Source: Balanoglossus misakiensis (lineage: Eukaryota > Animalia > Hemichordata). Taken from it: a stretch of DNA of 64,000 nt. Within the stretch, counting starts at the first letter, position 1; each line of letters starts with the position of its first letter. The position numbers and the translations under genes are program-made. The stretch covers positions 62,001-126,000 of the forward strand of contig JBECUI020000038.1 of NCBI GenBank assembly GCA_040954595.2, read 5' to 3'. Below are positions 1 to 13,500 of this stretch, one piece after another. Below the pieces are notes generated by a model. The model worked only from the letters and a program-made list of their open reading frames with translations, was not told the DNA's origin and made no database searches.

Positions 1-64
1 CTAAATAAAAGTGCTGTGTGTGGCATAATCATTTTTCCGTCTGCTGTGACATTTGTCTCCCTGT

Positions 65-800
65 GAGAGTTTAAGTAAATGTGGAGACACGCAAATTAGG
101 CAATCCCATATATCCCATACATAATTCAGTGTGTTTTGTTCACATTTTTGGTTTTTATTTTGAAAATGAACAAAGGAGTTTCCTATCATTGAGCAACTCA
201 CTCCATTAACAGTTGCTCGATATGCAGGCTAACTTGCTAGATCACTAAAGACTTAAAGCATGTTGAGGTTGGTGCCCCAAACCCTCTTGAAGACAACTGG
301 TTGCTAACGATTGCCAATTAGGCAATTTGGATATTCTACACATAACACAGTTTGTCAACTTTGAGAATACTGTTCTCAATACTATTTCCCATGCTTAATA
401 GAAGTGTTGAGTAACAGTATGTGGTAGAATGGCATTCCTATACGTTGCCTTCTTTTGCTCATTATCACGGTTTCAGTAAATTTAGAGACACGCAAGTTTA
501 GCAGCTTGAATTTCTCATAACACAGTTTTGAGCTCCGAGAACAGAGTTCTCATGAACATTTCCCATGCTCCATAAAAGTGTTGTGTATGTCTTACAATGA
601 TCTTTCCATACGCTGCCTTGTATAGCTGCTGTTAATAATTCAAGTTAATGTGGAGACGTATTAGGCAACATCAACGTCCAATACATAACACAGTTTGTAG
701 GTATGAATACATCCAAAATACCCAACTTTAATTTTCCTTAAAGAATTGGTCAGCTCTGCAAATATATTTCACCTGACCACTTCCTTAGCTAAGTAAGAGT
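65..800. repeat. Old, diverged tandem repeat (~165-bp spacing between the best copies)
   Basis: Motifs gagacacgcaa-ttaggcaa...cataacacagttt and tttcccatgct...aagtgttg recur near 80, 315, 485 and 650. Confidence 0.55.
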
Positions 801-1307
801 GTTGTTTATGTAATATTATCATACATGCAACGCCTGTATTTAACACTTTCTATTGTTCTCGCCCCGAAGATATTTTACGGTATTTCACAATGTGAAAATA
901 TCGCGTCCACGTCTCGGCGTGACAGTTCACTGCGCGCGCGAGCGACACACGGGGCATAGTGGAGAGGGGTGTTGTAAAATTCGGTTATTAGAAGCTGTAA
1001 TAAAGTTTTCAAAGCTGGCGGTTTTGTCATGTTGAATGCATCAGTTTTAGTTCTTCGAAATTCTCAATGCAAAATAATTGTTAACATGATATTTTGAAAG
1101 AGAACGTAGACAATTTTATTTAGAATGTGGATGTGCCCATCGTAATGAAAGCTGCCAACCCCCTTAAAATGATACTACGGCCCACACGTCATACGTCACA
1201 ACATGGCTACTGCCGTGATCCCAGCGCCCGGTTCAAATTTGAAATTATTTTTCTCGGCGCATTTCTGCAAATCGTACTGTTTTATAGGTAGGCATGTATG
1301 ATAAAGA

Positions 1308-1446
1308 GGTTATTACACGAATTTTGGTCGATAACGCGACGCATTCTCGTGATGTCTGTATTTTGACTCGTTGCGAAGCGCAACTCATCAAAATACGGAC
1401 ATCACTCGAATACGACGCGTTATCGACCAAAATTCGATTAATAACC
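1308..1446. repeat. ~140-bp imperfect palindrome capped by a GCGAAGC mini-hairpin
   Basis: Left arm ggttatt...cgaattttggtcgataacgcg...gtgatgtctgtattttga...gttgcg, loop aag, right arm cgcaac...tcaaaatacggacatcac...cgcgttatcgaccaaaattcg...aataacc. Confidence 0.9.
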
Positions 1447-1584
1447 CCTAAATATTAATATAATATTTATAACTTATGTAGCACATTAAATCTCAACATG
1501 CTTTAAAGTTGTCCCATGGTAATTTGACCTAGGTCGTTGGACCTTACTATTCCATTCAACTCCCTGGGGAGCAAACAACATCTC

Positions 1585-4500
1585 ACCATCATTAGAAATG
1601 TCAAATTACAGTGCTTTTGGCCACGTATTAACCTGGGGATTTACAATCAACTTTAAATCCACATATGCACCATATTCCAATGTCAATGTGAAGGGCTTGA
1701 AATACCATCTACCCTGATGCATCATCAAGTTTGTTTCGACAACTTTAAATCCCCTTCAGCAAGCATTTTATACCCATGTCAAAGTGCAGAGCTTGCATCA
1801 CCATCTATCCTGATGCATCATCAAGCTGCTTCGCCATTTGCCCTGATGCAAAGAATCAGATATAGTGTCACCATTGCATTAGCAATGTCAAATTACAGTG
1901 CTTTTGGCCAGGTATTAACCTGGGGATTTACAATCAACTTTAAATCCCCATATGCACTATATTCCAATGTCAATGTGAAGGGCTTGAAATACCATCTACC
2001 CTGATGCATCATCAAGTTTGTTTCGACAACTTTAAATCCCCCTCAGCAAGCATTTTATACCCATGTCAAAGTGCAGAGCTTGCATCACCATCTATCCTGA
2101 TGCATCATCAAGCTGCTTCGCCATTTGCCCTGATGCAAAGAATCAGATATAGTGTCACCATTGCATTAGCAATGTCAAATTACACTGCTTTTGGCCATGT
2201 ATTAACATCGGGATTTATAATCAACTTGAAATCCCCATATGCTTTTTATACCCATGTCAAAGCGAAGTGTTTGCATCACTATCTACAGTAATGCATCGTC
2301 AAGCATGCTTCGCCATTTGCCGTAATGCAAAGAATCAGATTCAATGTCACCATTGCATTCGCAATGTCAAATTACTGTGCTTTTGGCCACATATTAACCT
2401 GGCGATTTACAGTCAACTTTAAACATCAGTGCATATGCATTAAATACACATGTCAAAGTGCAGTGTCTCCATCACCATTGATCCTGATGCATCATCAAGC
2501 ATGCTTCGTTATATGCCCTGGTGCAAAGAATCAGATTTAGTATCACAGTAGCATTAGCCATGTCAAATTACAGTGCTTTTGGCTATGTATTAACCTAGGG
2601 ATTTACACTCAACTTTAAATCCCCATATGCATTATATGCCAATGTCAATGTGAAGGGCTTGAAATACCATCTACCCTGATGCATCATCAAGTTTGTTTCG
2701 CCATTAACCCTGATGCAAATAATCAGTGTCACCATAGCATTAGCAGTGTCAATTTACTGAGCGTTTGGCCATGTATTAACTTGGGGGTTTACAATCAACT
2801 TTAAATCCCCATATGCATTATATTGCAATGTTAACTTGAACGGCTTGAAACACCATCTATACTGATGCATCATCAAGCTTTCTTTACAATTTACCCTGAT
2901 GCAAAGAATCAGATTTAGTGTCGCCATAGCATTAGCAATGGCAAATAAAAGTGTTTTCGGCCACATATTAACCCAGGGATTTATAATCAACTTGAAATCC
3001 CCATATGAATTTTATACCCATGTCAAAGCGAAGTGCTTGCATCAATATCTACCGTGATGCATCATCAAGCTTGCTTCGCCATTTGCCCTAATGCAAAGAA
3101 TCAGATTCAATGTCACTGTAGCATTAGCAATGTCAAATTACAGTTCGTTTGGCCGTATACTAACCTGGGGATTTACAATCAACTTTAAATCCCCATATGC
3201 ATTATATTCTAATGTCAATGTGAAGGGCTTGAAACACCATCTATCCTGATGCATCATCAAGCTTGCTTCACCATTTTCCCTGATGCAAAGAATCAGATTT
3301 AGTGTCACGGTAGCATTAGCAAATCCCCATATGCATTTAACACCCACGTCAAAGTGAAGTGTTTGCATCCCTATCTACCGTGATGCATCATCAAGCTTGC
3401 ATCGCCATTTACCCTGATGCAAAGAATCAGATTCAATATCATCGTTGCATTAGCAATGTCAAATTACAGTGCTTATGGCCACGTATTAACCTGGGAATTT
3501 ACAGACAACTTTAAATACCCATGCATATGCATTAAATACCTATGTCAAAGTGCAGAGCTTGCATCACCATCTATCCTGATGCATCATCAAGCTGCTTCGC
3601 CATTTGCCCTGATGCAAAGAATCACATTCAATGTCACCATTGCATTAGCAATTTTAAATTACAGTGTTTTTGGCCATGTATTAACCTAGGGATTTGCAAT
3701 TAACTTTAAATCCCCATATGCGTTATATTCCAATGTCAAGTGAAGGGCTTGAAACACCATCTATCCTGATGCATCATCAAGCTTGCTTCACAATTTACCC
3801 TGATGCAAAAAAATCACATTCAGCGTCACCATTTCATTAGCAATGTCAAATTACAGTGATTATGGCCACGTATTAACCTGGGGATTTACAATCAACTTTA
3901 AATCCCCATATGCGTTATATTCCAATGTCAATGTGAAGGGCTTGAAATACCATCTACCCTGATCCATCATCAAGCTGCTTCCCCATTTGCCCTGATGCAA
4001 AGAATCAGATATAATGTCAACATGGCATTAGCAATGTCAAATTACAGTGCTTTTGGACACGTATTAACACAGGGATTTATAATCTACTTGAAATCCCTAT
4101 ATGCTTTTTATACCCATGTCTAAGCGAAGTGTTTGCATCACTATCTACTGTGATGCATCATCAAGCATGCTTCGCCATTTACGCTGATGCAAAGAATCAG
4201 ATTCAATGTCACCATTGCATTAGCAATGTCAAATTACAGTGCTTTTGGCCATGTATAAACATCGGGATTTATTATCAACTTGAAATCCCCATATGCTTTT
4301 TATACCCATGTCAAAGCGAAGTGTTTGCATCACTATCTATAGTAATGCATCGTCAAGCATGCTTCGCCATTTGCCCTAATGCAAAGAATCACATTAAATG
4401 TCACTGTTGCATTCGCAATGTCAAATTACTGTGCTTTTGGCCACGTATTAACCTGGCGATTTACAGTCAACTTTAAATCCCCATATGCATTATATTCCAA

Positions 4501-7500
4501 TGTCAATGTGAAGGGCTTGAAAAACCATCTACCCTGATGCATCATCAAGTTTGTTTCGCCATTAACCCTGATGCAAATAATCAGTGTCACCATAGCATTA
4601 GCAATGGCAAATAAAAGTGCTTTCGGCCACATATTAACCCAGGGATTTATAATCAACTTGAAATCCCCATATGAATTTTATACCTATGTCAAAGCGAAGT
4701 GCTTGCATCAATATCTACCGTGATGCATCATCAAGCTTGCTTCGCCATTTGCCCTAATGCAAAGAATCAGATTCAATGTCACTGTAGCATTAGCAATGTC
4801 AAATTACAGTTCGTTTGGCCGTTTACTAACCTGGGGATTTACAATCAACTTTAAATCCCCATATGCATTATATTCTAATGTCAATGTGAAGGGCTTGAAA
4901 CACCATCTATCCTGATGCATCATCAAGCTTGCTTCACCATTTTCCCTGATGCAAAGAATCAGATTTAGTATCACGGTAGCATTAGCAATGTCAAATTACA
5001 GTGCCTATGGCCACGTATTAACCTCGGGATGTACGGACAACTTTAAATACCCTTGCATATACATTTAATACCTATGTCAAAATGCAGAGCTTGCATCACC
5101 ATCTACTCTGATGCACCATTAGGCTTGCTACGCCATTTCCCCTAATGCAAAGAATCACATTCAATGTCACCATTGCTTTTGGCCATGTATTAACCTGGGG
5201 ATTTATAATCAACTTTAAATCCCCGTATGCGTTATATTCCAATGTCAATGTGAAGGGCTTGAAACCTGGGGATTTACAGTCAACTTTTAATCCCCCTGTA
5301 TACATTTTAAACCCCGGTGTCAAAGTTTAGTGATTGCATCATCATTGACCCTGGTGCATCATCAAGCATTCTTCAGAATTTGCCCTGATGCAAAGAATCA
5401 GATTCAATATCACCCTTGCATTAGCAATTTTAAATTACAGTGCTTTTGGACATGTATTAACCTGGGGATTTACAGTCAACATTAAATACCCATGCATAGG
5501 CATTAAATACCTATGTCACAATGCATAGCTTGCATCACCATCTACTCTGATGCACCATTATGCTCGCTACGCCATTTCCCCTAATGCAAAGAATGACATT
5601 CAATGTCACCATTGCATTTGCAATTGTAAATTACAGTGCTTTTGGCCATGTATTAACCTAGGGATTTTCAATCAACTTTAAATCCCCATATGCGTTATAT
5701 TCCATTGTCAATGTGAAGGGCTTGAAACACCATCTGTCCTGATGCATCATCAAGCTTGCTTCACAATTTACCCCGATGGAAAGAATCAGATTTAATGTCA
5801 CGGTAGCATTAGCAATGTCAAACTACAGTGCTTATGGCCACGTATCAACCTGGGGATTTACAATCAACTTTAAATCCCCATATGCGTTATATTCCAATGT
5901 CAATGTGAAGGGCTTGAAATACCATCTACCCTGATGCATCATCAAGTTTGTTTTGACAACTTTAAATCCCCCTCAGCATGCATTTAATCCCCATGTCAAA
6001 GTGCAGAGCTTGCATCACCATCTATCCTGATGCATCATCAAGCTGCTTCGCCATTTGCCCTGATGCAAAGAATCAGATATAGTGTCACCATTGCATAAGC
6101 AATGTCAAATTACAGTGCTTTTGGACACGTATTAACACAGGGATTTATAATCTATTTGAAATCCCTATATGCTTTTTATACCCATGTCTAAGCGAAGTGT
6201 TTGCATCACTATCTACTGTGATGCATCGTCAAGCATGCTTCGCCATTTGCCTTAATGCAAAGAATCAGATTAAATGTCACTGTTGCATTCGCAATGTCAA
6301 ATTACTGTGCTTTTGGCCACGTATTAACCTGGCGATTTACAGTCAACTTTAAACATCTGTGCATATGCATTAAATACGCATGTCAAAGTGCAGTGTCTCC
6401 ATCACCATTGATCCTGATGCATCACCAAGCATGCTTCGCTATATGCCCTGATGCAAAGAATCAGATTTAGTATCACAGTAGCATTAGCCATGTCAAATTA
6501 CAGTGCTTTTGGCTATGTATTAACCTGGGGATTTACAATCAACTTTAAATCCCCATATGCATTATATTCCAATGTCAATGTGAAGGGCTTGAAATACCAT
6601 CTACCCTGATGCATCATCAAGTTTGTTTCGCCATTAACCCTGATGCAAATAATCAGTGTCACCATAGCATCAGCAATGTCAAATTACTGAGCATTTGGCC
6701 TTGTATTAACTTGCGGGTTTACAATCAACTTCAAATCCCCATATGCATTATATTGCAATGTTAACTTGAACGGCTTGAAACACCATCTATACTGATGCAT
6801 CATCAAGCTTTCTTCACAATTTACCCTGATGCAAAGAATCAGATTTAGTGTCGCCATAGCATTAGCAATGGCAAATAAAAGTGCTTTCGGCCACATATTA
6901 ACCCAGGGATTTATAATCAACTTGAAATCCCTATATGAATTTTATACCTATGTCAAAGCGAAGTGCTTGCATCAATATCTACCGTGATGCATCATCAAGC
7001 TTGCTTCGCCATTTGCCCTAATGCAAAGAATCAGATTCAATGTCACTGTTGCATTAGCAATGTCAAATTATAGTGCGTTTGGCCGTATACTAACCTGGGG
7101 ATTTACAATCAACTTTAAATCCCCATATGCATTATATTCTAATATCAATGTGAAGGGCTTGAAACACCATCTATCATGATGCATCATCAAGCTTGCTTCA
7201 CCATTTTCCCTGATGCAAAAAATCAGATTTAGTGTCATGGTAGCATTAGCAAATCCCCATATGCATTTGATACCCATGTCAAAGTGAAGTGTTTGCATCA
7301 CTATCTACCGTGATGCATCATCAAGCTTGCATCGCCATTCACCCTTATGCAAAGAATCACATTCAATGTCACCATTGCATTAGCAATTTTAAATTACAGT
7401 GTTTTTGGCCATGTATTAACCTATGGATTTGCAATTAACTTTAAATCCCCATATGCGTTATATTCCAATGTCAAGTGAAGGGCTTGAAACACCATCTATC

Positions 7501-10500
7501 CTGATGCATCATCAAGCTTGCTTCACAATTTACCCTGATGCAAAAAATCACATTCAGCGTCACCATTTCATTAGCAATGTCTAATTACAGTGCTTATTGC
7601 CACGTATTAACCTGGGAATTTACAGACAACTTTAAATACCCATGCATATACATTAAATACCTATGTCAAAGTGCAGAGCTTGCATCACCATTTACTCTGA
7701 TGCACCATTAGGCTTGCTACGCCATTTCCCCTAATGCAAAGAATCACATTCAATGTCACCATTGCATTAGCAATTTTAAATTACAGTGTTTTTGGCCATG
7801 TATTAACCTATGGATTTGCAATTAACTTTAAATCCCCATATGCGTTATATTCCAATGTCAAGTGAAGGGCTTGAAACACCATCTATCCTGATGCATCATC
7901 AAGCTTGCTTCACAATTTACCCTGATGCAAAAAATCACATTCAGCGTCACCATTTCATTAGCAATGTCAAATTACAGTGCTTATTGCCACGTATTAACCT
8001 GGGAATTTACAGACAACTTTAAATACCCATGCATATACATTAAATACCTATGTCAAAGTGCAGAGCTTGCATCACCATCTACTCTGATGCATCATTAGGT
8101 TTGCATCGCCATTCCCCCTAATGCAAAGAATCAGATTCAATGTCACCCTTGCATTAGCAATTTTAAATTACAGTGCTTTTGGACATGTATTAACCTAGGG
8201 ATTTTCAATCAACTTTAAATCCCCATATGCGTTATATTCCATTGTCAATGTGAAGGGCTTGAAACACCATCTGTCCTGATGCATCATCAAGCTTGCTTCA
8301 CAATTTACCCCGATGGAAAGAATCAGATTTAATGTCACGGTAGCATTAGCAATGTCAAACTACAGTGCTTATGGCCACGTATCAACCTGGGGATTTACAA
8401 TCAACTTTAAATCCCCATATGCGTTATATTCCAATGTCAATGTGAAGGGCTTGAAATACCATCTACCCTGATCCATCATCAAGCTGCTTCCCCATTTGCC
8501 CTGATGCAAAGAATCAGATATAGTGTCAACATTGCATTAGCAATGTCAAATTACAGTGCTTTTGGACACGTATTAACACAGGGATTTATAATCTACTTGA
8601 AATCCCTATATGCTTTTTATACCCATGTCTAAGCGAAGTGTTTGCATCACTATCTACTGTGATGCATCATCAAGCATGCTTCGCCATTTACGCTGATGCA
8701 AAGAATCAGATTCAATGTCACCATTGCATTAGCAATGTCAAATTACTGTGCTTTTGGCCATGTATAAACATCGGGATTTATAATCAACTTGAAATCCCCA
8801 TATGCTTTTTATACCCATGTCAAAGCGAAGTGTTTGCATCACTATCTACAGTAATGCATCGTCAAGCATGCTTCGCCATTTGCCCTAATGCAAAGAATCA
8901 CATTAAATGTCACTGTTGCATTCGCAATGTCAAATTACTGTGCTTTTGGCCACGTATTAACCTGGCGATTTACAGTCAACTTTAAATCCCCATATGCATT
9001 ATATTCCAATGTCAATGTGAAGGGCTTGAAAAACCATCTACCCTGATGCATCATCAAGTTTGTTTCGCCATTAACCCTGATGCAAATAATCAGTGTCACC
9101 ATAGCATTAGCAATGGCAAATAAAAGTGCTTTCGGCCACATATTAACCCAGGGATTTATAATCAACTTGAAATCCCCATATGAATTTTATACCTATGTCA
9201 AAGCGAAGTGCTTGCATCAATATCTACTGTGATGCATCATCAAGCTTGCTTCGCCATTTGCCCTAATGCAAAGAATCAGATTCAATGTCACCCTTGCATT
9301 AGCAATGTCAAATTACAGTTCGTTTGGCCGTATACTAACCTGGGGATTTACAATCAACTTTAAATCCCCATATGCATTATATTCTAATGTCAATGTGAAG
9401 GGCTTGAAACACCATCTATCCTGATGCATCATCAAGCTTGCTTCACCATTTTCCCTGATGCAAAGAATCAGATTTAGTATCACGGTAGCATTAGCAATGT
9501 CAAATTACAGTGCCTATGGCCACGTATTAACCTCGGGATGTACGGACAACTTTAAATACCCTTGCATATACATTTAATACCTATGTCAAAATGCAGAGCT
9601 TGCATCACCATATACTCCAATGCATTATTAAGCTTGCTTCGCCATTTTCCCTGATGCAAAGAATCAGATTAAATGTCACCGTTGTATTAGCAATGTCAAA
9701 TTAAAGTGCTTTTGGACTTGTATTAACCCAGGGATTTACAGTCAACTTTTAATCCCCCTGTATACATTTTAAACCCCGGTGTCAAAGTTTAGTGATTGCA
9801 TCACCATTGACCCTGGTGCATCATCAAGCATTCTTCAGAATTTGCCCTGATGCAAAGAATCAGATTCAATGTCACCCTTGCATTAGCAATTTTAAATTAC
9901 AGTGCTTTTGGACATGTATTAACCTAGGGATTTACAGTCAACATTAAATACCCATGCACATGCATTAAATACCTATGTCAAAATGCATAGCTTGCATCAC
10001 CATCTACTCCAATGCATCATTAAGCTTGCTTAGCCATTTCCCCTAATGCAAAGAATTACATTCAATGTCACCATTTCATTAGCAATGTCAAATTACAGTG
10101 CTTTTGGATGCGTATTAACCCAAGGATTTGTAATCAACTTGAAATCCCCATATGCATTTAATACCCATGTCAAAGTGAACTGTTTGCATCACTATCTACC
10201 GTGATGCATCATCAAGCCTGCATCGCCATTTACCCTTATGCATAGAATCAGATTCAATGTCACCGTTGCATTAGCAATGTCAAATAAAAGTGCTTTTGGC
10301 CATTATTAACCTAGGGATTTACAATCAACTTTAAATCCCCATATGCATTATATTCAAAAGTCAATGTGAAGGGCTTGGAACACCATCTATCCTGATGCAT
10401 CATCACGTTTGCTTCACCATTTATCCATATTCAATGTCACCCTTGCATTAGTAATTTTAAATTACAGTGCTTTTGGCCATGTATTAACCTCGGGATTTAG

Positions 10501-13500
10501 AGTCAACTTTAAATATCAATGCGCATGCATTAAATACCCATGTCAAAGTGAAGTGTTTGCATCACTATCTACTGAGATGCATCATCAAGCTTGCATCGCC
10601 ATTTACCCTGATGCAAAGACTCAGATTCAATATCATCGTTGCATTAGCAATGTCAAATTACAGTGCTTATGGCCACGTATTAACCTGAGGATTTACAGTC
10701 AACATTAAATCCCCATATGCATTATATTCAAAAGTCAATGTGAAGGGCTTGGAACACCATCTATCCTGATGCATCATCACGTTTGCTTCACCATTTATCC
10801 ATATTCAATGTCACCCTTGCATTAGTAATTTTAAATTACAGTGCTTTTGGCCATGTATTAACCTCGGGATTTAGAGTCAACTTTAAATATCAATGCGCAT
10901 GCATTAAATACCCATGTCAAAGTGAAGTGTTTGCATCACTATCTACTGAGATGCATCATCAAGCTTGCATCGCCATTTACCCTGATGCAAAGACTCAGAT
11001 TCAATGTCACCGTTGCATTAGCAATGTCAAATTACAGTGCTTATGGCCACGTATTAACCTGAGGATTTACAGTCAACATTAAATACCCATGCATATCCAT
11101 TAAATACCTATGTCAAAGTGTAGAGCTTGCATCACCATTTACTCTGATGCACCATTAGGCTTGCTACGCCATTTCCCCTAATGCAAAGAATCACATTCAA
11201 TGTCACCATTGCATTAGCAATTTTAAATTACAGTGCTTTTGGCCATGTATTAACCTGGGGATTTACAATCAACTTTAAATCCCCATATGCGTTATATTCC
11301 AATGTCAATGTGAAGGGCTTGAAATACCATCTATCATGATACATCATCAAGCTTGCTTCACAATTTACCCTGATGCAAAGAATCAGATTTAGTATCACGG
11401 TAGCATTAGCAATGTCAAATTACAGTGATTATGGCCACGTATTAACCTGGGGATTTACAGACAACTTTAAATACCCATGCATATACATTTAATACCTATG
11501 TCAAAATGCAGAGCTTGCATCACCATATACTCCGATGCATTATTAAGCTTGCTTCACCATTTGCCCTGATGCAAAGAATCAGTTTAAATGTCACCGTTGT
11601 ATTATCAATGTCAAATTACGGTGCTTTTGGACTTGTATTAACCTGGGGATTTACAGTCAACTTTTAATCCCCCTGTATACATTTTAAACCCCGGTGTCAA
11701 AGTTTAGTGATTGCATCACCATTGACCCTGGTGCATCATCAAGCATTCTTCAGAATTTGCCCTGATGCAAAGAATCAGATTCAATATCACCCTTGCATTA
11801 GCAATTTTAAATTACAGTGCTTTTGGACATGTATTAACCTGGGGATTTACAGTCAACATTAAATACCCATGCATAGGCATTAAATACCTATGTCACAATG
11901 CATAGCTTACATCACCATCTACTCTGATGCACCATTATGCTCGCTACGCCATTTCCCCTAATGCAAAGAATGACATTCAATGTCACCATTGCATTTGCAA
12001 TTGTAAATTACAGTGCTTTTGGCCATGTATTAACCTAGGGATTTTCAATCAACTTTAAATCCCCATATGCGTTATATTCCATTGTCAATGTGAAGGGCTT
12101 GAAACACCATCTGTCCTGATGCATCATCAAGCTTGCTTCACAATTTACCCCGATGGAAAGAATCAGATTTAATGTCATGGTAGCATTAGCAATGTCAAAC
12201 TACAGTGCTTATGGCCACGTATCAACCTGGGGATTTACAATCAACTTTAAATCCCCATATGCGTTATATTCCAATGTCAATGTGAAGGGCTTGAAATACC
12301 ATCTACCCTGATGCATCATCAAGTTTGTTTTGACAACTTTAAATCCCCCTCAGCATGCATTTAATCCCCATGTCAAAGTGCAGAGCTTGCATCACCATCT
12401 ATCCTGATGCATCATCAAGCTGCTTCGCCATTTGCCCTGATGCAAAGAATCAGATATAGTGTCACCATTGCATAAGCAATGTCAAATTACAGTGCTTTTG
12501 GACACGTATTAACACAGGGATTTATAATCTATTTGAAATCCCTATATGCTTTTTATACCCATGTCTAAGCGAAGTGTTTGCATCACTATCTACTGTGATG
12601 CATCGTCAAGCATGCTTCGCCATTTGCCTTAATGCAAAGAATCAGATTAAATGTCACTGTTGCATTCGCAATGTCAAATTACTGTGCTTTTGGCCACGTA
12701 TTAACCTGGCGATTTACAGTCAACTTTAAACATCTGTGCATATGCATTAAATACGCATGTCAAAGTGCAGTGTCTCCATCACCATTGATCCTGATGCATC
12801 ACCAAGCATGCTTCGCTATATGCCCTGATGCAAAGAATCAGATTTAGTATCACAGTAGCATTAGCCATGTCAAATTACAGTGCTTTTGGCTATGTATTAA
12901 CCTGGGGATTTACAATCAACTTTAAATCCCCATATGCATTATATTCCAATGTCAATGTGAAGGGCTTGAAATACCATCTACCCTGATGCATCATCAAGTT
13001 TGTTTCGCCATTAACCCTGATGCAAATAATCAGTGTCACCATAGCATCAGCAATGTCAAATTACTGAGCATTTGGCCATGTATTAACTTGCGGGTTTACA
13101 ATCAACTTCAAATCCCCATATGCATTATATTGCAATGTTAACTTGAACGGCTTGAAACACCATCTATACTGATGCATCATCAAGCTTTCTTCACAATTTA
13201 CCCTGATGCAAAGAATCAGATTTAGTGTCGCCATAGCATTAGCAATGGCAAATAAAAGTGCTTTCGGCCACATATTAACCCAGGGATTTATAATCAACTT
13301 GAAATCCCTATATGAATTTTATACCTATGTCAAAGCGAAGTGCTTGCATCAATATCTACCGTGATGCATCATCAAGCTTGCTTCGCCATTTGCCCTAATG
13401 CAAAGAATCAGATTCAATGTCACTGTTGCATTAGCAATGTCAAATTATAGTGCGTTTGGCCGTATACTAACCTGGGGATTTACAATCAACTTTAAATCCC

